From positions 640,001 to 704,000 of the forward strand of contig CBDBDR010000017.1 in NCBI GenBank assembly GCA_965203965.1: DNA of 64,000 nt, read 5' to 3'. The notes below the pieces were generated by a model, which was not told where the DNA came from, did not search any database, and saw only the letters and a program-made list of their open reading frames with translations. A program made the position numbers and the translations under genes. This document shows, piece by piece, positions 13,606-23,715 of the stretch. Origin of the DNA: Thermodesulfobacteriota bacterium. Its GTDB lineage: Bacteria; Desulfobacterota_D; UBA1144; Nemesobacterales; JAJCZQ01. Numbering within the stretch: the stretch's first letter is position 1; every line of letters starts with the position of its first letter.

Positions 13606-14064
13606 TTGCAAAACAGATTAGTAACTATTCTTGCGAGTTTCTTTTATCTTGGTCACTCACCTTTTGCACCTGGCACCATAGGAACAATCGGTGCATTACC
13701 CCTTTATTACCTCATGTCCCATTTTTTAACAAGTGTTCAATATCTATTTGTTTTAATAATTTTAATTCCATTTTGCACGTTCGTATCCTCAAAAGCTATC
13801 GGTATATACAAAAATAATGACCCAAAAGAAGTAGTGATAGATGAAGTTGTCGGATACCTCGTAGCAATGGTTTTTATAACGCCAACTGCTATAAATATTA
13901 CGATTGGTTTTTTACTGTTCAGATTTTTTGACATTGTAAAAATTTTCCCCTCAAATCAACTTGAGAGACTGAAGGGGGGAGTTGGGATTGTAATGGATGA
14001 TGTTGCAGCCGGAATATGGACAAATCTGGTTCTGATTGTAATAAATAATTATATAGTGAAATAA
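13606..14064 (+). CDS. pgpA: phosphatidylglycerophosphatase A
   Basis: APGTIG, DPKEVVIDEVVG, FRFFDIVK, GIVMDDVAAG. Confidence 0.93.
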   Translation: MQNRLVTILASFFYLGHSPFAPGTIGTIGALPLYYLMSHFLTSVQYLFVLIILIPFCTFVSSKAIGIYKNNDPKEVVIDEVVGYLVAMVFITPTAINITIGFLLFRFFDIVKIFPSNQLERLKGGVGIVMDDVAAGIWTNLVLIVINNYIVK

Positions 14065-14076
14065 AGGCTAAAACTT

Positions 14077-15324
14077 ATGAAAAACATTGAATTTATAGCC
14101 ACGGGCAATGAAATAATGTCAGGCTTGACGGTTGACACTAATTTTTCATGGCTGGCGGAAAAGTTAATTGAATTTGGGGTATCCATCAAACACCGTTGCT
14201 CCGTAGGTGATTATAAAGATGATATTATTTCAGCATTGCAAAACGCATCAAAAAGATCGGATTTTGCGATAATGACGGGCGGACTGGGACCAACGGATGA
14301 TGATCTGGCTTCAGCTGCTGCATCTGATTTTTTTAATGTTCCTCTTATACTTAATGAAGAATGCTTACTGGATATTAAGAAAAAACTCCACGACAGAAAT
14401 AGGAAATTTCTATCTATACACAAAAAACAGGCGATCTTCCCCGAAAACTCTGTCATTATTAAAAATGAGGTTGGCACGTCCGCAGGATTTAAATTTAGCA
14501 AAGGTGGTGTCTCTTTCTATTTTCTTCCGGGAGTTCCGGGAGAATTTAAGCCTATGATTAAAGATTTTGTTCTGCCGGACATACTTACCAGTTCTAATTT
14601 GCGTATCAGGATAATTCAAAACACTATCAAAACAGTTGGACTTGGCGAGTCGGAAATAGCAGAAAAACTGAAAGATATTGCTTTTGACAATGTGGAATTG
14701 AGCTACAGGATATATCATCCCGAAATACATCTGAAACTAATGGCAAAAAATGAAAATGAAGAGGTTTCAAGAAAAAATATAGAGAAATACACGAACTTGC
14801 TGAAAGATAAACTTGGCGAATATATATTTGCATTTGATGACAAGAACCTTGAGGAGGTTGTTTCAAAATTACTTCTGGAAAATAGTTTAACAATCTCAAC
14901 TGCCGAATCATGCACGGGCGGGTTACTTGCAAGTATGCTCACTGATATTCCAGGCAGTTCTGGGTATTTTACAAGGGGCGTTGTAAGTTACAGTGACGGT
15001 TCAAAATCAGACTTGTTAAACGTTGCAAATGAACTTATTATAAAGTATGGTGCCGTTAGCTCTCAAGTTGTAGAAGCAATGGCAGAGGGAATCAAGAACA
15101 CGAGCAATACAGACGTAGGCATTGCGATCTCTGGTATCGCGGGACCCGGCGGAGGCAGTAAAGCAAAACCAGTCGGAACGGTTCACATAGGTATAGCTTT
15201 CAAAAATGAACCGGTTTACTCTCAAAGATACAGTTTTAGTGGAAACCGACGAGATATTAAGTTACAGTCAAGCAAATATGCACTTGATATTATAAGAAAG
15301 AAAATAGAAAATAAGTCACAATAA
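14077..15324 (+). CDS. cinA: competence/damage-inducible protein CinA (MoCF-like + PncC)
   Basis: GNEIMSG..DTN, GGLGPTDDD, LPGVP, AESCTGG, GIAGPGGG. Confidence 0.93.
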   Translation: MKNIEFIATGNEIMSGLTVDTNFSWLAEKLIEFGVSIKHRCSVGDYKDDIISALQNASKRSDFAIMTGGLGPTDDDLASAAASDFFNVPLILNEECLLDIKKKLHDRNRKFLSIHKKQAIFPENSVIIKNEVGTSAGFKFSKGGVSFYFLPGVPGEFKPMIKDFVLPDILTSSNLRIRIIQNTIKTVGLGESEIAEKLKDIAFDNVELSYRIYHPEIHLKLMAKNENEEVSRKNIEKYTNLLKDKLGEYIFAFDDKNLEEVVSKLLLENSLTISTAESCTGGLLASMLTDIPGSSGYFTRGVVSYSDGSKSDLLNVANELIIKYGAVSSQVVEAMAEGIKNTSNTDVGIAISGIAGPGGGSKAKPVGTVHIGIAFKNEPVYSQRYSFSGNRRDIKLQSSKYALDIIRKKIENKSQ

Positions 15325-15344
15325 AAAAGGATTAGAGAATAATA

Positions 15345-16394
15345 ATGGCAAAAAACAACACGGCAAACAGTAATGACGGCAAGGAAAAATCTATAGAGAT
15401 CGCAATCTCTTCCATAGAGAAACAGTTCGGGAAAGGTTCTATAATGAGGCTGGGTTCTGATACTGCCATCCCGAGCCTTTCCGTAATCCCAACCGGTTCA
15501 TTGGGTTTGGATATTGCACTGGGAGTCGGAGGACTCCCTAGAGGAAGAATAGTTGAAATATACGGACCCGAATCTTCCGGTAAAACAACAATAGCACTGC
15601 ATGCAATAGCAGAATGTCAGAAATCAGGTGGTATTGCGGCTTTTGTAGACGCAGAGCATGCTCTTGATCCCATATATGCCAATAAACTAGGAGTCAAGAC
15701 CGACGACCTACTCATATCACAGCCCGATTTTGGCGAACAGGCACTCGAGATAGTGGATACTCTAATAAGAAGCAGTGCCGTTGATATGATTGTGCTTGAT
15801 TCCGTTGCAGCATTGACACCTAGAGCTGAAATTGAGGGCGAAATGGGAGATTCTCACGTTGGTTTACAGGCAAGGTTAATGTCTCAAGCTCTCAGGAAGA
15901 TCACCGCAAACGTTAGTAGATCAAAGACCATTGTTGTATTCATCAACCAAACACGTATGAAGATCGGTGTTCCCTCCTATATGAACCCCGAAACAACAAC
16001 TGGAGGAACGGCACTCAGATTTTATTCGTCCGTAAGAATGGATGTCCGCAGAATTGGATCCATAAAAGACGCTGAGCAGATTTTGGGCAATAGGACCCGC
16101 GTTAAAGCCGTTAAGAACAAAGTAGCTCCTCCGTTCAAGGAAGCGGAGTTTGACGTGATTTTTGGAAGAGGAATATCAAAACTGGGCGAGATTTTGGATC
16201 TGGGAGTCAAATACAAAGTAGTTGGGAGAAGCGGAACATGGTTTTCCTACGGAGATGAAAGACTGGGTCAGGGAAGAGATAATGCTAAAACTTTTCTCTC
16301 CGAAAACCCTGATATAAGAAACGAAGTATACTCAAAAATACTTGAGGAAAGTGGAATAATACAAAAGAAGAAAGCAAATGACCAATCAAACTAA
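15345..16394 (+). CDS. recA: recombinase A
   Basis: [35 protein letters not shown]. Confidence 0.99.
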   Translation: MAKNNTANSNDGKEKSIEIAISSIEKQFGKGSIMRLGSDTAIPSLSVIPTGSLGLDIALGVGGLPRGRIVEIYGPESSGKTTIALHAIAECQKSGGIAAFVDAEHALDPIYANKLGVKTDDLLISQPDFGEQALEIVDTLIRSSAVDMIVLDSVAALTPRAEIEGEMGDSHVGLQARLMSQALRKITANVSRSKTIVVFINQTRMKIGVPSYMNPETTTGGTALRFYSSVRMDVRRIGSIKDAEQILGNRTRVKAVKNKVAPPFKEAEFDVIFGRGISKLGEILDLGVKYKVVGRSGTWFSYGDERLGQGRDNAKTFLSENPDIRNEVYSKILEESGIIQKKKANDQSN

Positions 16395-17550
16395 CAGTGA
16401 AACAAAACAAGTTAATAAAATAAGTATTAATGAAATATTTAAACTCGCCGTGCGTCTTGATGCTTCTGATATTCTGATCAAAGTAGGTAGTCCCCCTGTA
16501 TTCAGGATTAACGGAAAACTCTTAGATCTAAAGAAAGTCCCTCCAGTCAATTCAAGTGAAAGCGTTGAATACGCCAATACTGTTATGAACGATTGGCAAA
16601 AGAATAAGTTTAATGAAAACTTTGAAATGGACTTGACTTATAAACTGGACGGAAACTATGTATCAGTAAAAAGTGAACATATTGAATCTAACATAACTTA
16701 TGATATTCCCGAAGCCAGGTTCAGAGTTAATATATTCAAACAACGGGGTAGCATTTCCATTGTGGCAAGGGTCATCAAAAACGAAATATCTAATTTTGAC
16801 CAGTTGAACTTGCCACCCGTCATGGAGTCCATTGCCAAAGAAGAGAGGGGGTTGGTTGTAGTCACGGGAACCACGGGTAGTGGCAAATCAACAACGCTTG
16901 CCTCAATAATTGATCACATCAACAGCAACTCGAAAAAACATATAATAACGATAGAGGATCCAATTGAATATGTATATAAAGACAAACTCAGCTATATCAA
17001 TCAAAGAGAAGTGGGAGTAGATACAAGATCATTCAACGGTGCTTTAAGATCGGCTCTCAGGGAAGACCCAGATGTAATACTTATTGGTGAAATGCGAGAC
17101 TTGGAAACAATAGAGCTTTGCCTGACCGCTGCCGAGACTGGCCACCTTGTGCTTGCAACCTTGCACGCACTTGACTCACGGGAAACTATCAACCGTATTC
17201 TTGGTGTCTTCCCCATTGACCAGCAAAATGCTGTCCGCCACCAGTTTTGTAATACACTGAAAGCAATTATATCCCAGAGACTGGTGCCTTGCGCCGATGG
17301 AAAAAGTAGAGTTCCTGCTGTGGAAATATTGTTGTGCACTTCAAGGATCAGAGCTCTGTTATCCTCTCCCGAAACAACCGGCTCAATAAACGATGCAATT
17401 GCAGAGGGAAAAGATCACTACGGTATGCAGACGTTCGATCAGTGCTTGCTGGATTTTCATAATAAAAAATTAATCACCTATGAAGAGACAATGAAACAAG
17501 CTACTAATAAAGAGGATCTGGATCTCAAGATCAGAGGTGTTGGAAAGTAG
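16378..17550 (+). CDS. pilT: type IV pilus retraction ATPase (PilT/PilU family)
   Basis: [51 protein letters not shown]. Confidence 0.88.
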   Translation: MTNQTNSETKQVNKISINEIFKLAVRLDASDILIKVGSPPVFRINGKLLDLKKVPPVNSSESVEYANTVMNDWQKNKFNENFEMDLTYKLDGNYVSVKSEHIESNITYDIPEARFRVNIFKQRGSISIVARVIKNEISNFDQLNLPPVMESIAKEERGLVVVTGTTGSGKSTTLASIIDHINSNSKKHIITIEDPIEYVYKDKLSYINQREVGVDTRSFNGALRSALREDPDVILIGEMRDLETIELCLTAAETGHLVLATLHALDSRETINRILGVFPIDQQNAVRHQFCNTLKAIISQRLVPCADGKSRVPAVEILLCTSRIRALLSSPETTGSINDAIAEGKDHYGMQTFDQCLLDFHNKKLITYEETMKQATNKEDLDLKIRGVGK

Positions 17551-17580
17551 AATAAAGTCTTTCCTGCTTTCTTCCAAAAC

Positions 17581-18270
17581 ATGAAATTAATCGGTATAGA
17601 CACGTCCTCTCACTTGGGAAGTGTTTCAGTTTTTGAGGACTGCAAACTGCTTGGGGAATGTTTGTTGAACTTGGGTCCTGCTCATTCTGAAAATTTGGTT
17701 GCTTCTGCTGACTGGCTACTTAATTCCCTAAAAATAAAAAGAAATGAACTTCAAGGTGTGGCCGTATCTATCGGTCCCGGCTCATTCACATCGCTCAGAG
17801 TTGGAGTAACGATGGCAAAATCTCTTGCCTACACGTTAAAGTTGAAAATCATTGGAGTATCATCGCTTGAGATCATTGCATCAAATATTGCCTACACCGA
17901 TAAAAAAATATGCGTTTTAACGGATGCCAAACGGAAAGAGGTATATTCGTCAATATTTGAATACAAAGAAGGGTCAATTAAACAAATAAGAAGCGAAAAA
18001 ATTCAAACGGTCGCAGAACTCTGCAACGACATAAATGACGGCACTGTCTTTGTTGGAGACGCAGTATCAATTTATAAAAATGATCTAAAAAGTTACCTTG
18101 GCAGTCTTGCAATAATAGCAGGTGAGCCATTTAACATGTCGGTTTCATCACGCTGTGCTTTAATTGGGTATAACAAGATAAAAGATGGATTGGAAGATGA
18201 CCCAGTTACATTGACGCCCAACTATTTAAGAAAGTCTGAAGTAAAACTCAAAGCGAAAAATAACCCATAG
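17581..18270 (+). CDS. tsaB: tRNA threonylcarbamoyladenosine biosynthesis protein TsaB
   Basis: IDTSS, HSE, GPGSFTSLRVG, DAKRKEVY, P-x-YLR. Confidence 0.94.
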   Translation: MKLIGIDTSSHLGSVSVFEDCKLLGECLLNLGPAHSENLVASADWLLNSLKIKRNELQGVAVSIGPGSFTSLRVGVTMAKSLAYTLKLKIIGVSSLEIIASNIAYTDKKICVLTDAKRKEVYSSIFEYKEGSIKQIRSEKIQTVAELCNDINDGTVFVGDAVSIYKNDLKSYLGSLAIIAGEPFNMSVSSRCALIGYNKIKDGLEDDPVTLTPNYLRKSEVKLKAKNNP

Positions 18271-18366
18271 CCTTAATAACCAATTGAAAAATATTATTAT
18301 ACATATACGTTATTTGGTTTCAGTAGCTTATCTCAAAGACTTTGAGCGAATTTATAGGAGTTTATA

Positions 18367-20070
18367 ATGGCTAAGATGTTAGGTGCACAAATGTTTTTTG
18401 AAACGCTTCTTCACCAGGGCATTGACGTAGTGTTCGGACTGCCCGGTGGATACGTGCTTAAAGTCTATGACGTAATGACCGGTTATACTGACAGGATAAA
18501 TCACGTGCTTGCAAGACATGAACAAGCTGCAACACACATGGCAGACGGCTATGCCAGAGCTTCAGGAAAACCCGGCGTTGTACTATGCACGTCAGGACCG
18601 GCTGCCACAAACACGGTAACAGGTATAGCAACGGCACAAATGGATTCATCCCCCATTGTTATTTTTACCGGCCAGGTTCCAACACAATATCTGGGCAGCG
18701 ACGCATTTCAGGAAGCCGACCATATAGGAATTACAATGCCTTGCACCAAACACAACTATCTTGTAAGAAAAACGTCTGACCTACCTGGCACAATGCTTGA
18801 GGCTTTCCACATTGCTACAACTGGAAGGCCAAGTCCCGTACTTGTTGATATGCCAAAAGACGTTCTGGTGGGAGAAGATGAATTTATAATACCAAAACAA
18901 ATAAATGTCCGGGGATACAAACCCAACTTAAAAGGCAATCCATCTCAGATCAAAAAAGCAGTTGATCTTATACTAAAATCAAAAAGACCTGTGGTCTTCT
19001 GCGGAGGTGGGGTGATCTGCGCAAATGCAACAGAAGAACTGAAAAAGTTTGTGGATAAAACGCAGATACCCGTTTGCTCTACTTTAATGGGACTTGGTGC
19101 TTTTCCTCCCGATGACCCAATGTATGTAAACTTCCTCGGCATGCACGGCTCTTATGCTTCAAATATGACGATACACGAATCCGACCTTGTTATATCTATC
19201 GGTGCAAGGTTTGATGACAGGGCAACGGGTGGAAAATTTGACGAATTTGCTCCAACAGCCGAAATTATTCACATTGATATAGACCCTGCAACAATTGACA
19301 AAAACATATATGTAGAATGTCCAATTGTCGGAGATGCAAAGCAGGTTTTAAACCAGATAATGGAAGCCCTGCCGGAAACAATCAAAACAGACCGCAGAGA
19401 GTGGCTTGCTAAAATAGATGAATGGGACAAAAAACATCCCCTCAATCCCAATCAGAACGGGGATATGATCTCAACCTCTTATACAGTTGATCTGCTGTCC
19501 AAAATGACAAAAGGCGATGCGATCATTGTATCAGACGTAGGCCAGCATCAGATGTGGCTTGCCCAGTTCTATAAATTCAAAAAACCAAGAAGGTGGATAA
19601 ACTCAGGAGGACTGGGAACAATGGGATTTGGATTTCCCGCCGCTATGGGTGCTAAATTCGCAAAGCCCGATGACCTTGTTATAGCCGTATGCGGTGACGG
19701 TAGCTTCCAGATGAATTTTCAGGAGCTTGCAACCGCAGTTGAAAACAACATGGACCTAAAGATCATTGTATTCAACAACCAGCATCACGGAATGGTAAGA
19801 CAATGGCAGACGATGTTTTTTGAAAGCAACTTCTCCGCATCCAAGTTTGAGGTTTTGCCGGATTTCGTCAAGCTGGCACAAGCCTTTGGGGCAAAAGGTA
19901 TAAAAGCAGAAAGACCCGAAGATCTGGAATCCACTCTAAAAGAGGGAATAAATACAGAGGGCGTCGTACTTATGGAAATAGTTGTAGATCCCACGGAGAT
20001 GGTATATCCAATGATAACCCCAGGTGGAGCAATGAACGATATGATAATGCAGCCGGTTGACGTTGCCTGA
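18367..20070 (+). CDS. ilvB: acetolactate synthase large subunit
   Basis: FGLPGG, RHEQAA, DAFQEAD, GMHG, DVGQHQMW, GDGSFQMN, GMVRQWQ. Confidence 0.96.
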   Translation: MAKMLGAQMFFETLLHQGIDVVFGLPGGYVLKVYDVMTGYTDRINHVLARHEQAATHMADGYARASGKPGVVLCTSGPAATNTVTGIATAQMDSSPIVIFTGQVPTQYLGSDAFQEADHIGITMPCTKHNYLVRKTSDLPGTMLEAFHIATTGRPSPVLVDMPKDVLVGEDEFIIPKQINVRGYKPNLKGNPSQIKKAVDLILKSKRPVVFCGGGVICANATEELKKFVDKTQIPVCSTLMGLGAFPPDDPMYVNFLGMHGSYASNMTIHESDLVISIGARFDDRATGGKFDEFAPTAEIIHIDIDPATIDKNIYVECPIVGDAKQVLNQIMEALPETIKTDRREWLAKIDEWDKKHPLNPNQNGDMISTSYTVDLLSKMTKGDAIIVSDVGQHQMWLAQFYKFKKPRRWINSGGLGTMGFGFPAAMGAKFAKPDDLVIAVCGDGSFQMNFQELATAVENNMDLKIIVFNNQHHGMVRQWQTMFFESNFSASKFEVLPDFVKLAQAFGAKGIKAERPEDLESTLKEGINTEGVVLMEIVVDPTEMVYPMITPGGAMNDMIMQPVDVA

Positions 20071-20100
20071 GAAGCTAATGCTCTTAAATTGTGAAGGGAT

Positions 20101-20583
20101 ATGACAATGTTAAGATTTTTACTAATTTTAGTTATTGTTTCAGTCTTTTCGTTACCTGTAAAGGTTAATTCAGAAACTTTATCTGGGTGGATTTATAACG
20201 AATCTGTTGACGAATTTACAGATGAACTTAGTTCTGTTGGGGCAGGAATCCACAAAGGAGGTAATTTGGTCGCATTAGTAACCTGTTTGTTAAAAGAAAA
20301 AGAGAATTTATTATTTTTTGTGATAAGTCCTGAAAGTTATTTTAGTCTAAAAGATAGTGATGAAGTAAAAATAAGAATTGACAAAGACAATATGGAAATT
20401 TATCAAGCACAAGTTATGTCAGGAAGAAGTCAAAGGGTTTTCATAGGCTATCCTCACGGTTTAGCGAAAAGAATGATGCGGGGCAATAAAATGATCATAA
20501 AAGTGGGTAATTCAGATACTATAAGGGTTTCATTAAAAGGCTCTGCAAAACCGATCCAAAGAGTTTTAGATAAATGTAAGTAA
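20101..20583 (+). CDS. secreted hypothetical protein inserted in ilv operon
   Basis: 160-aa ORF with signal peptide and two Cys; GAAGGGA upstream; very AT-rich. Confidence 0.75.
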   Translation: MTMLRFLLILVIVSVFSLPVKVNSETLSGWIYNESVDEFTDELSSVGAGIHKGGNLVALVTCLLKEKENLLFFVISPESYFSLKDSDEVKIRIDKDNMEIYQAQVMSGRSQRVFIGYPHGLAKRMMRGNKMIIKVGNSDTIRVSLKGSAKPIQRVLDKCK

Positions 20584-20652
20584 TATTTGTCTGTTTGGTA
20601 TTATCATCCTCTTTTATATAATTAGACAATCAATCAACAAGGGAAAAAGAAA

Positions 20653-21141
20653 TTGAGACACACTATATCATTATTAGTTGATAACAAATCAGGTGTTCTT
20701 TCCCGCGTTGCTGGTCTATTCAGTGCACGTGGGTTTAATATTGAGAATCTGAACGTCGCACCAACCCATGACCCAGAAACATCTAGGATCACGCTGGTTA
20801 CAACGGGAGACGACTATATTATCCAACAGGTCATCAAGCGATTTAACAATATGGTCAACGTAATTAAAGTTACAGACCTGACGGAAATGAAACACGTGGA
20901 AAGAGAGATGGTGCTTGTAAAAGTTGATGCATTAATTAACAACCGTGCTGAAATTCTCCGTATATCGGACATTTTCAGAGCAAAAGTCGTTGACATCAGC
21001 CAGCAAACGTACACTCTGGAACTCACTGGAGATATTGAAAAAATAAACGCATTTATTGAAATGCTAAAACCATTTGGGATAAAAGAAATTGCTCGCACGG
21101 GCACCGTTGCAATGGCTCGTGAAAAAAAAACAGGCTTCTAA
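20653..21141 (+). CDS. ilvN: acetolactate synthase small regulatory subunit
   Basis: N-x-x-GVLSRVAGLFSARGFNIENL ACT domain; ERE, EIARTG. Confidence 0.96.
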   Translation: MRHTISLLVDNKSGVLSRVAGLFSARGFNIENLNVAPTHDPETSRITLVTTGDDYIIQQVIKRFNNMVNVIKVTDLTEMKHVEREMVLVKVDALINNRAEILRISDIFRAKVVDISQQTYTLELTGDIEKINAFIEMLKPFGIKEIARTGTVAMAREKKTGF

Positions 21142-21174
21142 GTAAGTAATTCAAATCAATTAAGGAGATATTAA

Positions 21175-22193
<1,019 letters not shown>

Positions 22194-22194
<1 letters not shown>

Positions 22195-22850
22195 TGTTTA
22201 AAAAATTCACACCAATATCTCCTGAAGGTGTGCCAATGATATTGCTCACGGGTATTGCAGGATGGATATTGGCATTCTTTGAGTTTCAATTACTATCTTT
22301 TGTTCTTTTTGTACTGACAATCGCTTTAATTTTTTTCTTCAGAGATCCCAAGAGAAATACCGTCAATGACCCGGACGCTGTTGTATCACCTGCCGATGGG
22401 GAAATAATAAGCATATTAAATGCCACCGAGACAGAATTTTTAAAGAAAGACTGCTTGAAAATAAGTATATTCCTATCCATCCTTGATTGTCATGTAAACC
22501 GTTTTCCAGTCTCCGGGAAAGTTCTGGCTACAAAATATAAACACGGCAGATATAATTTGGCTTATAAGTCGGAACTTTCCAGTGAAAATGAACAATTGAT
22601 GACTTATATAGAACTTAAAGACGGCTTAAATATAGTATTTTCTCAAGTTGCCGGCTTTTTGGCTCGCAGAATCGTATCTTATGCCGACGTTGGCAGTTAC
22701 TATAATCAGGGTGATAAATTTGGAATAATAAAGTTTGGTTCTAGAATGGATATTTACCTACCGGTCAATTCCGTTTTGGAGGTTCAGGAAGGAGACAAAG
22801 TAAGAGCAGGAGAAACCATAATAGCATGGCTCATAGAAAAAACAGATTAA
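22194..22850 (+). CDS. psd: phosphatidylserine decarboxylase proenzyme
   Basis: FFRDP, SPADG, HVNR, FGS self-cleavage site. Confidence 0.94.
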
Positions 22851-23680
22851 GCAGAAAAAATCTGAAACTGAAAAAGGAAAAATTAATTCCCTTATTTCCA
22901 AATATTATAACAACGGGAAGTCTAACCCTTGGGCTTGCTTCAATTATGAGTTCACTCCAGATTTTATCTATTAAATCAGTTCCAGGTGCCGATCTTGAAC
23001 AACTCTTTGGTAAATTCTGGTGGGCTGCCAGCTTTATTGGTTTAGCGATCGTATTTGATATGCTTGACGGCAAGGTCGCACGTGCGCTTGGATCAGATAG
23101 TAAATTTGGCGTCTCTTATGATTCATTGTCAGATTTGGTTTCTTTTGGGATTGCACCCGCAGTTTTGTTATACGTTTGGTGTCTCGCCGACGCAGGCAAA
23201 ATGGGACTTATGGCTTTGTTGTTTTACATTATTTGCACTGCACTGAGACTTGCAAGGTTTAACATACAGGCTCAAAAAGAGGAAAAATACAACTTTTCAG
23301 GACTGCCAAGTCCTATGGCAGCCGGGTTAATGTTTGCACCAGTAATGCTTTTTTCAGAATTCAATCGCATCCCAACTCAGGAAGTCGTATGGTATTACCT
23401 AATTTTAGCACCACTCGCCGGTATTATAATGGTCAGCAACATCCCGTATAGAAAATTCTTAGAGTTAAAACTTAAAGGACAGTTCAATACTTTGGTAATT
23501 GTCGCAATAATCATATCTGCCATTGTTTCCAATCCATCCGCAATGGTGCTGATCATAGTCTATCTGTATTTCCTGTTGGGTATTGCAACATACATTTATA
23601 ACTTCAGCAGGGATCGCCGCGGACTGAAAAAACCACTTTCAGAACAAGAAGTGCTTGACGCATCCAAACCTAAAAAATGA
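22826..23680 (+). CDS. pssA: CDP-diacylglycerol-serine O-phosphatidyltransferase
   Basis: PNIIT, DMLDGKVAR..FG..DSLSDLVSFG, LRLARFN, GLPSP. Confidence 0.93.
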   Translation: MAHRKNRLSRKNLKLKKEKLIPLFPNIITTGSLTLGLASIMSSLQILSIKSVPGADLEQLFGKFWWAASFIGLAIVFDMLDGKVARALGSDSKFGVSYDSLSDLVSFGIAPAVLLYVWCLADAGKMGLMALLFYIICTALRLARFNIQAQKEEKYNFSGLPSPMAAGLMFAPVMLFSEFNRIPTQEVVWYYLILAPLAGIIMVSNIPYRKFLELKLKGQFNTLVIVAIIISAIVSNPSAMVLIIVYLYFLLGIATYIYNFSRDRRGLKKPLSEQEVLDASKPKK

Positions 23681-23715
23681 ATTCAGAACTGACTTTGAGA
23701 GTCCGTTTAGCTAAT

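Noticed and set aside
20584..20652. Integron attC site after the gene inserted in the ilv operon
   Set aside because: There is only a weak TTGTCT...AGACAA inverted repeat, no RYYYAAC/GTTRRRY boxes and no integrase.
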